Of a stretch of DNA of 50,235 nt, positions 8,707 to 16,928 are shown in pieces; the first letter of the stretch is position 1; every line of letters begins with the position of its first letter. Position numbers and translations under genes: made by a program. The DNA comes from Candidatus Cryosericum sp. (lineage in GTDB: Bacteria > Acidobacteriota > Polarisedimenticolia > Gp22-AA2), in contig DASRJX010000026.1 of NCBI GenBank assembly GCA_035649235.1, positions 1 to 50,235 on the forward strand, written 5' to 3'. The notes beneath the pieces are model-generated. The model was not told where the DNA came from and ran no database searches. It saw nothing but the letters and a program-made list of their open reading frames with translations.

Positions 8707-9500
8707 GCCGCCCGTCTCCCGTTCTTCGCCCGACGGTCCTGCTGCTCCTCGTTGCCGCCTGCGCGGGCGGCCCCCGGCCGGTCACCCAGCCCGTCCCCGA
8801 GGGGGACGGCGTCCGGGTCCTGTTCCGCGTCGAATCGGACGGCCCGCGCGGACGCTCCCGGTTCCGCATGGCGGCGGCGCTGCGCCCCCCTTCGGAGGCC
8901 CGGCTGGAGTTCCTCGGTCCCGTCGGCGGCCCGCGCCTCGTCGTGGCCACGGACGGTGCGCAGGCGACGGCGATCCTGCCCGCGGAGCGGCGCTACGACC
9001 TCACCCGAGCGACCCCCGATGCGATGCACCACCTGCTCGGCCTGCCGCTCGACGGCGCGCGCCTGATCGCCCTGCTCTCGGGAGTTCCTCTCTGCCCGCT
9101 CCCCGCCGCCGCGGGGGCCCCGTCGACCCCCGCCACGGACCTTCGGTGGGACGCCGCGTGCGCGGCGGGGGACATCCGGTTCTCGGGCGTCGTCGGAGCC
9201 GCCGGCGAGCCCTTGCGGGAGGCCGTCCTGAGCGATGCGGTCAGCGGTGCGATCCTCGCCAAGGTGGAATACGGTGACCGGTTCGCTCTGCCGGGCGGGG
9301 GCTGGCCGCGCGACATCAGGATGACTCTGCCCTCGGCGGACGTGACGATCACCCTGACGGCGCTCGAGGCTCCTCTGGCGGCGCGCCTCCCCGACGACCT
9401 GTTCGCGCCCAGCATCCCGGAAAGCTTCGAACGAAGTGCTATCTTCGGCCGGCCGGAGGATCCGGCGCTCTTCGGAGCCGCCGATTCCGGGGGACAATGA
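8703..9500 (+). CDS. Lipoprotein, putative LolB/LolA-like fold
   Basis: Lipobox LLLLVAA-C; beta-rich body (ARLEFLGPVGGPRLVVATDG...WPRDIRMTLP...ITL); sits between the TPR gene and ispE, the lolB position. Start uncertain; CTG 8703 overlapping the upstream TGA is the best in-frame candidate. Confidence 0.55.
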   Translation: MSRPSPVLRPTVLLLLVAACAGGPRPVTQPVPEGDGVRVLFRVESDGPRGRSRFRMAAALRPPSEARLEFLGPVGGPRLVVATDGAQATAILPAERRYDLTRATPDAMHHLLGLPLDGARLIALLSGVPLCPLPAAAGAPSTPATDLRWDAACAAGDIRFSGVVGAAGEPLREAVLSDAVSGAILAKVEYGDRFALPGGGWPRDIRMTLPSADVTITLTALEAPLAARLPDDLFAPSIPESFERSAIFGRPEDPALFGAADSGGQ

Positions 9501-10381
9501 CCTCTCTCCGCCTGCGGGCCCCCGCCAAAATCAATCTCTTCCTCAAGGTCCTGGGACGCCGCCCGGACGGGTTCCACGAGATCGAGACCGTCGTGCAGAG
9601 CGTCACTCTCCACGATGGTCTCGAGCTCGCGATCGGGGGGGACGGGATCAGGCTCGAGGTCGACGACGTTCGCCTGCCGGCCGATCCCACGAACCTCGTC
9701 TGGCGTGCCGCGAGGGCCCTGCTGGGGGAGTGTCCTCCCGACCGCGGCCTCGCCATGCGGCTGCGGAAGCGGATCCCGATCGCGGCCGGCCTGGGCGGCG
9801 GCAGCAGCGACGCGGCGGCGGCCCTGAGAGGGGTCGACGCTCTATACGCCCTGGGGCTCCCGGCCGAGACTCTGGAGCGCCACGCCGCCGCCCTGGGATC
9901 GGACGTGCCGTACTTCCTTGTCGGGGGGGCGGCGCTCCTGAAGGGGAGGGGGACCGTGATCCACCCCCTGCCGGACCTGCCACGGGCCGATCTCGTCGTC
10001 GCCTCTTCCGTCGAGCCCCTTCCGACGCCCCTCGTTTACGCGCAGCTTCAAGAGCCATTGACACTTGCACCCCGAACGGCTAGCATACGCGACTCCGGGC
10101 GTATCCTCGCGGATCTTGAGTCGTTGGTGCGGTTAGGGAACGATCTCGAGCCGCACGCCGAGCGCTTGTGCGCCGAGATCGGTCCGATCCGCGAGGCGCT
10201 CCTCGCGGCGGGTGCGAGGGTGGCTGCCATGAGCGGTAGCGGATCGGCTGTCTTCGGCGTCTTCGCGAGCGCCGCGGCGGCGCGGGAGGCAGCGGGGACA
10301 CTGGAACGACAGGGGTTCCGGGCGCTGGCCTGCGCGACCCTCGACCGGGCCACGTACCAGCGGGACTGGATGGAGCACTGA
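9497..10381 (+). CDS. ispE: 4-diphosphocytidyl-2-C-methyl-D-erythritol kinase
   Basis: APAKINLFL, RIPIAAGLGGGSSDAAA, GSDVP, MSGSGSAVF. Confidence 0.97.
   Translation: MTSLRLRAPAKINLFLKVLGRRPDGFHEIETVVQSVTLHDGLELAIGGDGIRLEVDDVRLPADPTNLVWRAARALLGECPPDRGLAMRLRKRIPIAAGLGGGSSDAAAALRGVDALYALGLPAETLERHAAALGSDVPYFLVGGAALLKGRGTVIHPLPDLPRADLVVASSVEPLPTPLVYAQLQEPLTLAPRTASIRDSGRILADLESLVRLGNDLEPHAERLCAEIGPIREALLAAGARVAAMSGSGSAVFGVFASAAAAREAAGTLERQGFRALACATLDRATYQRDWMEH
10058..10086 (+). promoter_or_regulatory. Internal sigma70 promoter TTGACA-N17-TAGCAT inside ispE
   Basis: Perfect -35 at 10058-10063, -10 at 10081-10086, in a locally AT-richer stretch of the coding sequence. Confidence 0.75.
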
Positions 10382-10420
10382 GAGAGCGTCCGGGCAGGGT
10401 GCCAGGGAAAGGCGCCGGAC

Positions 10421-10771
10421 ATGGAGATCACTGACGTCCGGGTATTCCCCGTCGACGAGGAGAAGCTCAAAGCGTTCGTTTCCATCATCATCGACGACTG
10501 CTTTGTCGTTAGCGACATCAAGATCATCAGCGGCACGAGCGGGCTGTTCATCTCGATGCCGAGCAAGAAAAGGAAGAACGGCACGTTCCGGGACATCGCG
10601 CATCCCTTGAACAGCGAGACGCGGAAGAAAATCGAAGACAGGATCCTGGCGTGCTACCAGGAAGCGGTGGCCCGATCGGGGTCGGAGGCCGGGCCTCCCG
10701 GTCCCTCGGAAGGTTCCGGAGGGGCCGGCGGGCACGAAGGCCCGGACGGGGACGGTGAGGACAGCGCATGA
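10421..10771 (+). CDS. spoVG: SpoVG family nucleic-acid-binding protein
   Basis: MEITDVRVFPV...LKAFVSI..DDCFVV.DIKII.G..GLFISMPSKK...FRDIAHP.N.E.R. Confidence 0.97.
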   Translation: MEITDVRVFPVDEEKLKAFVSIIIDDCFVVSDIKIISGTSGLFISMPSKKRKNGTFRDIAHPLNSETRKKIEDRILACYQEAVARSGSEAGPPGPSEGSGGAGGHEGPDGDGEDSA

Positions 10772-10781
10772 GCCCGCGTGA

Positions 10782-10855
10782 TGGGGCGTCGTCAAGCGGT
10801 AAGACACTGGACTTTGGATCCAGCACCGGAGGTTCGAATCCTCCCGCCCCAACCA
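10782..10855 (+). tRNA. tRNA-Gln (UUG), CCA encoded
   Basis: Acceptor stem TGGGGCG/CGCCCCA, anticodon arm CTGGA-CTTTGGA-TCCAG, T-loop GGTTCGAATCC, 3' ACCA. Confidence 0.97.
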
Positions 10856-10889
10856 GGCGCGGGGGGGCGGGGACTTGGAGCGGCAGGGG

Positions 10890-11849
10890 ATGAACGAAGC
10901 GGCGGGCATCGACGGCGACCTCAAGGTGTTCTCGGGCAGCGCGCATCCCGCGCTGGCACGCGAGATCTGCGCCACGCTCGGCATCGCGCCCGGTGCGGCC
11001 GACGTCCGGCGCTTCGCCGACGGTGAGGCCTACTGCCACATCCTGGAGAACATCCGCGGCACGGATGTGTTCGTGATCCAGCCCACCTGCCCGCCCGTCG
11101 ACGCCAACCTGATGGAGCTCCTGGTCATGCTGGACGCCTTCAAGCGCTCGTCGGCGGCGCGCGTCACCGCGGTGCTCCCGTATTACGGCTATGCTCGGCA
11201 GGACCGCAAGGACAAGCCCCGCGTGCCGATCACGGCCAAGCTGGTGGCGGACCTGCTGACGGCCTCCGGAGCGGACCGCATCCTCGCCATGGACCTGCAC
11301 GCGCCCGCCATCCAGGGCTTCTTCGATATTCCGGTGGACCACCTGTTCGCGGCTCCCGTCCTCATTGAGCACGTGCAGCGTCTCGGTCTCAAGGACCTGG
11401 TCATCGTGTCGCCGGACGCGGGCGGCGTCGAGCGGGCACGCGCCTACGCCAAGAGGCTCAACGGATCGCTGGCGATCATCGACAAGCGGCGCGGCGAGAA
11501 GAACGAACCTCAAGTCATGCACGTCATCGGAGAGGTCGACGGGCGCAATTGTCTCATCGTGGACGACATGATCGACACCGCCGGGACACTCGTCGGCTCG
11601 GTTCAGGCGCTCGCCAAGGAAGGGGCCCGGTCGGTCTACGGCTGCTTCAGCCACGCGGTCCTGTCGGGACCCGCTCTCGAGAGGCTGCGCAGCATCGAGC
11701 TGGCTCAGACCGTGGTCACCAACAGCATCCCGCTCGATCCCGGCAAGGCGAAGGCCGGTCGGGTCACGGTCCTGTCGGTCGCCGAGCTCCTCGGCGAGGC
11801 GATCCGGAGAATCCATACGAACTCGTCCGTCAGCTCCCTGTTCGTCTAG
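10890..11849 (+). CDS. prs: Ribose-phosphate pyrophosphokinase
   Basis: FADGE, PYYGYARQDRK, DLHA, VSPDAGGVERAR, VDDMIDTAGT. Start ATG 10890. Confidence 0.98.
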   Translation: MNEAAGIDGDLKVFSGSAHPALAREICATLGIAPGAADVRRFADGEAYCHILENIRGTDVFVIQPTCPPVDANLMELLVMLDAFKRSSAARVTAVLPYYGYARQDRKDKPRVPITAKLVADLLTASGADRILAMDLHAPAIQGFFDIPVDHLFAAPVLIEHVQRLGLKDLVIVSPDAGGVERARAYAKRLNGSLAIIDKRRGEKNEPQVMHVIGEVDGRNCLIVDDMIDTAGTLVGSVQALAKEGARSVYGCFSHAVLSGPALERLRSIELAQTVVTNSIPLDPGKAKAGRVTVLSVAELLGEAIRRIHTNSSVSSLFV

Positions 11850-11897
11850 GGACTGAGGACCCATGCCCGAGGCGCGCGCCGGCGGAGGTAGGGATCG

Positions 11898-12623
11898 ATG
11901 AACGAACAGGTGGTGGATGTCACGAAGCGGGAGACGAGCGGCAAGAACGTCTCGCGCCGCCTGCGGCGGTCGGGGCAGATCCCGGCCATCCTCTACGGCG
12001 GCGGGCGCGACGCCGTGCCGCTGACGGTCGATCCGGACCGCATCCGGGACATCATCCGGTCTGAATCGGGCGTCAACACGATCTTCCTGCTGAACCTGGC
12101 CGGCACCGATCAGCGGCGACACGTCATGATCAAGGAGTACCAGGTCGACCCCGTGGAGGGCCGGCTGATCCACGCCGACTTCCTCCGCATCCAGATGGAC
12201 GCGGTCATGGAGGTCGAAGTGCCGGTCGTCCTCAAGGGCGAGCCCCAAGGCGTCAAGCTGGATGGCGGGATCCTGGAGCACGTGACGCGTCAGGTGCGCG
12301 TGTCGTGCCTGCCGGGGGACATCCCGGAGCATCTCGACATCGAGGTCACCACGCTCAAGATCGGAGACCACCTGAGCGTCGCCGACCTGCCCAAGAGCGA
12401 CCGCTACCGCATCCTGAGCGACCCGGCGCTGATCGTGGCGGTCTGCTCGCCACCGGCCAAGGAGGAGGTTGCGGCACCGGCGGCCGCCGAGGCCGTGACG
12501 GCGGCTCCGGCGGAACCGGAGGTCCTGAAGAAGGGCAAGGCGGCCGCCGAGGGGGAGGAGGCGGAAGGCGCCGAGGCGGAGGAGAAGAAGAAGGACACCA
12601 AGAAGCCCGAAGGGAAGAAGTAA
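11898..12623 (+). CDS. rplY: 50S ribosomal protein L25, long Ctc/TL5 form
   Basis: SRRLRRSGQIPAILYG, KEYQVDPV...HADF, C-terminal domain and charged tail; GGAGG SD. Confidence 0.96.
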   Translation: MNEQVVDVTKRETSGKNVSRRLRRSGQIPAILYGGGRDAVPLTVDPDRIRDIIRSESGVNTIFLLNLAGTDQRRHVMIKEYQVDPVEGRLIHADFLRIQMDAVMEVEVPVVLKGEPQGVKLDGGILEHVTRQVRVSCLPGDIPEHLDIEVTTLKIGDHLSVADLPKSDRYRILSDPALIVAVCSPPAKEEVAAPAAAEAVTAAPAEPEVLKKGKAAAEGEEAEGAEAEEKKKDTKKPEGKK

Positions 12624-12640
12624 CAGGGTCCGGATGACGC

Positions 12641-13246
12641 GTGATCCGGGTGCTCATCGGTCTCGGCAACCCCGGCGCCCGCTACAAGCGGACGCGACAC
12701 AACGTCGGCTACATGGTGCTCGAGGAGATCGGACGGCGTCACAGCGGAACGGCGGAGCGCGAGGCGTCGCACTGTCTCGTCGGGAGCGCGGATCTGGATG
12801 GCGTCCCGCTGACGCTGGCGCGGCCGATCCTGTTCATGAACCGCAGCGGCCCGGCGGTGCGGGCGCTCCTGGCGGCGGAGGGGGCCGAGCCCGGAGAGGC
12901 GCTGGTCATCTGCGACGATCTGGCGGTCCCTTTCGGAACCCTGCGGCTGAGGCGGCAGGGGAGTCATGGAGGGCACAACGGCCTGCGCTCGATCATCGAG
13001 GCCTTGGGGACCAGGGAGTTTCCGCGGCTCCGCGTGGGCATCGGCCCCGCGGGATCGAGCGCGGAGCACGTCGACTTCGTGCTCGGGCGGTTTCCGCCCG
13101 AGGAGCGCGAGCGGCTGCCGGAGGTGATCGGCGCCGCGGCGGATTGCGCCCTGAGCGTGGTGCGGGATGGGCTCGAACAGGCGATGAACCGTTTCAACCG
13201 CAAGCCGGGCGCTGAGCCGCCCGACGCGGGTCCAGGCGACAGGTGA
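12641..13246 (+). CDS. pth: Peptidyl-tRNA hydrolase
   Basis: GLGNPG..Y..TRHNVG, DDL, HGGHNGLRS; GTG start. Confidence 0.97.
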   Translation: MIRVLIGLGNPGARYKRTRHNVGYMVLEEIGRRHSGTAEREASHCLVGSADLDGVPLTLARPILFMNRSGPAVRALLAAEGAEPGEALVICDDLAVPFGTLRLRRQGSHGGHNGLRSIIEALGTREFPRLRVGIGPAGSSAEHVDFVLGRFPPEERERLPEVIGAAADCALSVVRDGLEQAMNRFNRKPGAEPPDAGPGDR

Positions 13247-13258
13247 GGGACTAGCAGA

Positions 13259-13630
13259 ATGCTACAATACGAGACGATTTTCGTGACCGATCCGAACCTC
13301 TCCGACGGTGAGATCGACGAGTTGGTCCAATTGATCGACCAGCTCACGGTCGCGGCCGGAGGCAAGGTCATCAAGGTAGAAAGGTGGGGCAAGAGACGGC
13401 TCGCCTATACGATCGACCACCGGGAGGAGGGCATCTACGTCCTGATGACGCTCGAGTGTCCTCCGCAGCACGTCAAGGAGGTCGATCGGCGTTACCGGAT
13501 GAACGACAGGATCCTGCGCCACCTGACCGTGCGGGTCGAGGATGAGTCGCAGCTAGGTCCATCGCCGATGATGAAGCCACGTCCGGCGGAGCGGGAGGAC
13601 ATTCCCGCCGAGCAGGGCCTGATGCCCTGA
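13259..13630 (+). CDS. rpsF: 30S ribosomal protein S6
   Basis: YETIF..DP, WGKRRLAY.I, G.Y.L, ILRHL.VR. Confidence 0.97.
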   Translation: MLQYETIFVTDPNLSDGEIDELVQLIDQLTVAAGGKVIKVERWGKRRLAYTIDHREEGIYVLMTLECPPQHVKEVDRRYRMNDRILRHLTVRVEDESQLGPSPMMKPRPAEREDIPAEQGLMP

Positions 13631-13657
13631 CGGCGCGGACCAGGGGAGACACCGAAC

Positions 13658-13939
13658 ATGGGCCGATACGATTCGGGGGGCGGGCGCGACGCCGGCCGAC
13701 CCAAAAAGCAGTTCAAACGCAAGTTCCTGTTCCGAAAGAAGAAGTTCTGCAAGTTCTGCGACGAGAAGATCAAATTCATCGATTACAAGGACATCCGCCT
13801 CCTGCAGGGATTCGTTCCCGAGCGCGCCAAGATCTTCCCGCGGCGCATCTCGGGCACCTGCTCGAAGCACCAGCGCAAGGTCATGCAGGCGATCAAGCGG
13901 GCCCGCGCCTTGGCGCTCGTCCCCTTCACGTCGGACTGA
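13658..13939 (+). CDS. rpsR: 30S ribosomal protein S18 (zinc-binding form)
   Basis: CKFC...IDYKD...[15 protein letters not shown]...AIKRAR.LAL.PF. Confidence 0.98.
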   Translation: MGRYDSGGGRDAGRPKKQFKRKFLFRKKKFCKFCDEKIKFIDYKDIRLLQGFVPERAKIFPRRISGTCSKHQRKVMQAIKRARALALVPFTSD

Positions 13940-13964
13940 GCCTTTCACCCGCGGGGAATCAAGC

Positions 13965-14408
13965 ATGCGCATCGTGTTGAGGGAAGACATCGACAAGCTG
14001 GGGCGCCGGGGCGAGGTCGTGGACGTCGCCGCCGGCTATGCCCGCAACTTCCTCCTGCCCAAAGGCAAGGCCCTGACGGCCACGGAAGGCAACCTCAAGG
14101 TCGTGGAGCGCGAGCGTCGCCGCTACGTCCTGACCCAGGCCAAGGAGCGCGAGGAGGCGGCCGTGGTGGCGCGCCGGCTGGCAGGGATCTCCTGCACCAT
14201 CGTCCGGAAGGTCGGCGAGAACGAGCAGTTGTATGGCTCCGTCACGGCGTCCGACATCGCCGACTACATTGCCAAGGAGGGCGTGGTGATCGACAAGCGG
14301 CGGATCCTGCTCGACGAACCGCTCAAGGCGCTGGGCATCTACACCGTCCCCGTCAAGGTGCACGCCGACGTGATGGGCGAAGTCCGGGTCTGGGTCGTCA
14401 AGGAGTAG
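13965..14408 (+). CDS. rplI: 50S ribosomal protein L9
   Basis: IVLREDIDKLG..GEVVDVAAGYARNFLLP, LYGSVT, KALG.Y. Confidence 0.98.
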   Translation: MRIVLREDIDKLGRRGEVVDVAAGYARNFLLPKGKALTATEGNLKVVERERRRYVLTQAKEREEAAVVARRLAGISCTIVRKVGENEQLYGSVTASDIADYIAKEGVVIDKRRILLDEPLKALGIYTVPVKVHADVMGEVRVWVVKE

Positions 14409-14412
14409 CCGC

Positions 14413-14907
14413 GTGGCCGAGACGGCTCCCGACGCCGTGAGCGGGCCGGAGGGCGCGTCCGAGGCGCCGCTGCCGAGCGTCTCGCCGATCCTGCCCTGCG
14501 TCCTCGGATGGCTGCTTCCGGGACTCGGTCACCTGTACCTGGGGAAGAAAGGGCGCGCGGTCGCCTTCTTTTTCGTGGTCTTCTTCGCCTTCGGCTTCGG
14601 CCTGGCGTCGGGGGGGACGGCCTCCCTCATCGACCCGCAGCAGCCGTTGAGCTACCTCGCGACCTTCGACAACCTGGCGCTCGGGCCACTGGACGTGGTC
14701 GCCCGCATGTCCAGCGTGGGCTCCCTCGTCTATCGCCTGCCCCCCGACGAAGGCGACCCTCGCCGCCAGGCCCTCATGACCCATCTGAGAGAGCGGGTGC
14801 GGCATCCGACCTACGAGTACGGGAACACCTTCCTCCTGACGGCCGGACTGATGAACCTCCTGCTCCTCCTGGACGCCTTCGACATCGCGATGGGGCGGAA
14901 ACGCTGA
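14413..14907 (+). CDS. Uncharacterised membrane protein (DUF6677-like)
   Basis: LGWLLPGLGHLYLG and YEYGNTFLLTAGLMNLL..LDA motifs with hydrophobic segments; family name from recollection, not from a search. Confidence 0.7.
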   Translation: MAETAPDAVSGPEGASEAPLPSVSPILPCVLGWLLPGLGHLYLGKKGRAVAFFFVVFFAFGFGLASGGTASLIDPQQPLSYLATFDNLALGPLDVVARMSSVGSLVYRLPPDEGDPRRQALMTHLRERVRHPTYEYGNTFLLTAGLMNLLLLLDAFDIAMGRKR

Positions 14908-14920
14908 TCGCGGAGGGCGC

Positions 14921-15103
14921 ATGATCCGGAGCCACTTCCTGAACCTGGCGCTGTTCTCGATCCTGGTAGCGATCTTCTTCGCGTTCCTGACGCAGAACCG
15001 GGGCCGCGATCGGGTGCGTGTCATTCTGGTTCTGGGTGGCTCGATGATCGTCCTGTCGCTCATCGTCGCCTACGTGATGTACCCCTTCCCCCTGCAGCGA
15101 TGA
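14921..15103 (+). CDS. Small two-helix membrane protein
   Basis: 60 aa, two hydrophobic helices, ends YVMYPFPLQR; GGAGG SD; stop overlaps the next start. Confidence 0.7.
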   Translation: MIRSHFLNLALFSILVAIFFAFLTQNRGRDRVRVILVLGGSMIVLSLIVAYVMYPFPLQR

Positions 15104-15846
15104 CCCTGGCGTCCCTGGCGCGCAGGCTCTGGCTGTGGGCGCCTCTCGTCGCGTACCTCGGGCTGATCTTCCACCTCTCCGGCCAGCCCAGCATCCCGTG
15201 GGCCCGCGCCTACCCGGACTACCTGCTGCACGCGGCGGAGTACTGCGTGCTGGCGGTCCTTCTGGCGCGCGCCCTCAACGACGGCCTGTCGCGACGGGTG
15301 ACGGACGCGCGCCTCGGGGCCACCTGGCTCCTGAGCGTGCTGTACGCGGTCAGTGACGAGGTGCACCAGTCCTTCGTGCCGGGGCGCTCGCCCGACTATC
15401 GCGACGTCCTCTCCGATGCGGTGGGCGCCGCCCTGGGGATCGCGGCGCTCAGGATCGGGCAGCAGTTGCTGATGATCGGCGCGGACGGGCCACCGGGCGG
15501 TGCGGCCAGGGCGGTGCTCTACAGCCGATCCGGCTGCGCCCCCTGCTTCGCGATGAAGCGGGTCGCCGGCCGCGCGGCGCGCCGGCATGGTGTCCCGGTC
15601 GTCGTCGTCGACGTCGACTCGGACCCGGACCTGCGGCGCCGTCACGGCGACGACGTGCCGGTGCTGGAGCTTCCTGGAGGGCGGCTCCTCCGGGGCCGCG
15701 TCACGTCCGACGAGATCGAGCGCGCGTTCCTCGAGGCCTCGCTCGCCGCGCGACCGGGGCCCGAGCAGCCGGACGCATCGGGTCCTGCTCGCCACGTCGC
15801 CCGGACGATCGACCGGATCCGGAGGCTCCTGGGGGCGGGCGCGTGA
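15100..15846 (+). CDS. VanZ-like membrane domain fused to a glutaredoxin-like (CxxC) domain
   Basis: N-terminal half: LIFHLS...LLHAAEY...YAVSDEVHQSFVPGR...D...D (VanZ). C-terminal half: LYSRSGCAPC...VDVDSDPDL...DVPVL (Grx/DUF836-like). Confidence 0.75.
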   Translation: MTLASLARRLWLWAPLVAYLGLIFHLSGQPSIPWARAYPDYLLHAAEYCVLAVLLARALNDGLSRRVTDARLGATWLLSVLYAVSDEVHQSFVPGRSPDYRDVLSDAVGAALGIAALRIGQQLLMIGADGPPGGAARAVLYSRSGCAPCFAMKRVAGRAARRHGVPVVVVDVDSDPDLRRRHGDDVPVLELPGGRLLRGRVTSDEIERAFLEASLAARPGPEQPDASGPARHVARTIDRIRRLLGAGA

Positions 15847-16910
15847 CCCGGATCGCGGTCATCCCCGGCGACGGCATCGGCGTCGAGGTTACGCGCGAGG
15901 CGGTGCTGGCACTGCGCGAGGTCGCCTCCGCCTCCGGCGTGCCGATCCAGTTCGAAGAATTCCCCTACGGGGCCGAGCACTATCTGAAGACCGGGGAGAC
16001 ACTGCCCGACGCCGGCTTCGAGAGGCTGTCCGCGTTCGACGCCATCCTCCTGGGCGCCCTCGGAGATCCGCGCGTGCCGGACAACCGGCACGCGGCCGAC
16101 ATCCTGCTGGGCCTGCGCTTCCGCCTCGACCTGTACGTCAACGAGCGGCCCGTGCGCCTGCTCGACGAGCGGCTCTGCCCGCTCAAGGGGCGCGCCCGGA
16201 AGGACGTCGACCTCGTCATCTTCCGCGAGAACACCGAGGGGCTGTACGCCGGCGTCGGAGGGTTCTTCAAGAAGGGGACGCCCGACGAAGTGGCGGTGCA
16301 GCAGGACATCAACACCCGCAAGGGCGTGGAACGGATCATCCGCCACGCCTTCGAGCAGGCCCGCGCCCGCGGACGGAAGCGGGTGCTCATGTCGGACAAG
16401 AGCAACGCGCTGACCTACGGGCACGACCTCTGGCAGCGCGTGTTTCGCGAAGTCGCGCCCGCATTTCCCGACATCGAAGCGTCGCACATGTACGTCGATG
16501 CGCTGGCGATGCAGTTCGTGAAGGATCCCTCCCCCTTCGAGATCATCGTGACCTGCAACATGTTCGGCGACATCCTGAGCGATCTGGGCGCCCAGCTCCA
16601 GGGCGGGCTGGGCCTGGCGGCCTCCGCCAACCTGCACCCCGGGCGGCCGGGCTTGTTCGAGCCCGTCCACGGCTCGGCGCCGAAGCATGCGGGCCGCAAC
16701 GTCGCCAATCCCATGGGCGCCATCCTGAGCGCCGCCATGCTGCTCGACAGCGTCGGTCGCGCGGAGGAGGCGCACCGCCTGGAGGAAGCGGTCGCGGCCT
16801 GCGTCGGGGACGGGGAGACGACGCGGGATCTCGGCGGGACGCTCTCCACGACCGAGGTCGGCCAGGCCATCCGCGCCCGGATCGGCGGGCGACGCCCCCA
16901 GCGGCGTTAG
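15843..16910 (+). CDS. leuB: 3-isopropylmalate dehydrogenase / beta-decarboxylating dehydrogenase family
   Basis: IAVIPGDGIGVEV, LRFRLDLYVNERP, FRENTEGLY, NMFGDILSDL, LFEPVHGSAP, ANP. Confidence 0.85.
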   Translation: MTRIAVIPGDGIGVEVTREAVLALREVASASGVPIQFEEFPYGAEHYLKTGETLPDAGFERLSAFDAILLGALGDPRVPDNRHAADILLGLRFRLDLYVNERPVRLLDERLCPLKGRARKDVDLVIFRENTEGLYAGVGGFFKKGTPDEVAVQQDINTRKGVERIIRHAFEQARARGRKRVLMSDKSNALTYGHDLWQRVFREVAPAFPDIEASHMYVDALAMQFVKDPSPFEIIVTCNMFGDILSDLGAQLQGGLGLAASANLHPGRPGLFEPVHGSAPKHAGRNVANPMGAILSAAMLLDSVGRAEEAHRLEEAVAACVGDGETTRDLGGTLSTTEVGQAIRARIGGRRPQRR

Positions 16911-16928
16911 CCGGGATGACTCACCAGG

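Noticed and set aside
13631-13657. Absence of ssb/priB between rpsF and rpsR
   Set aside because: The direct rpsF-rpsR-rplI order is common in many phyla.
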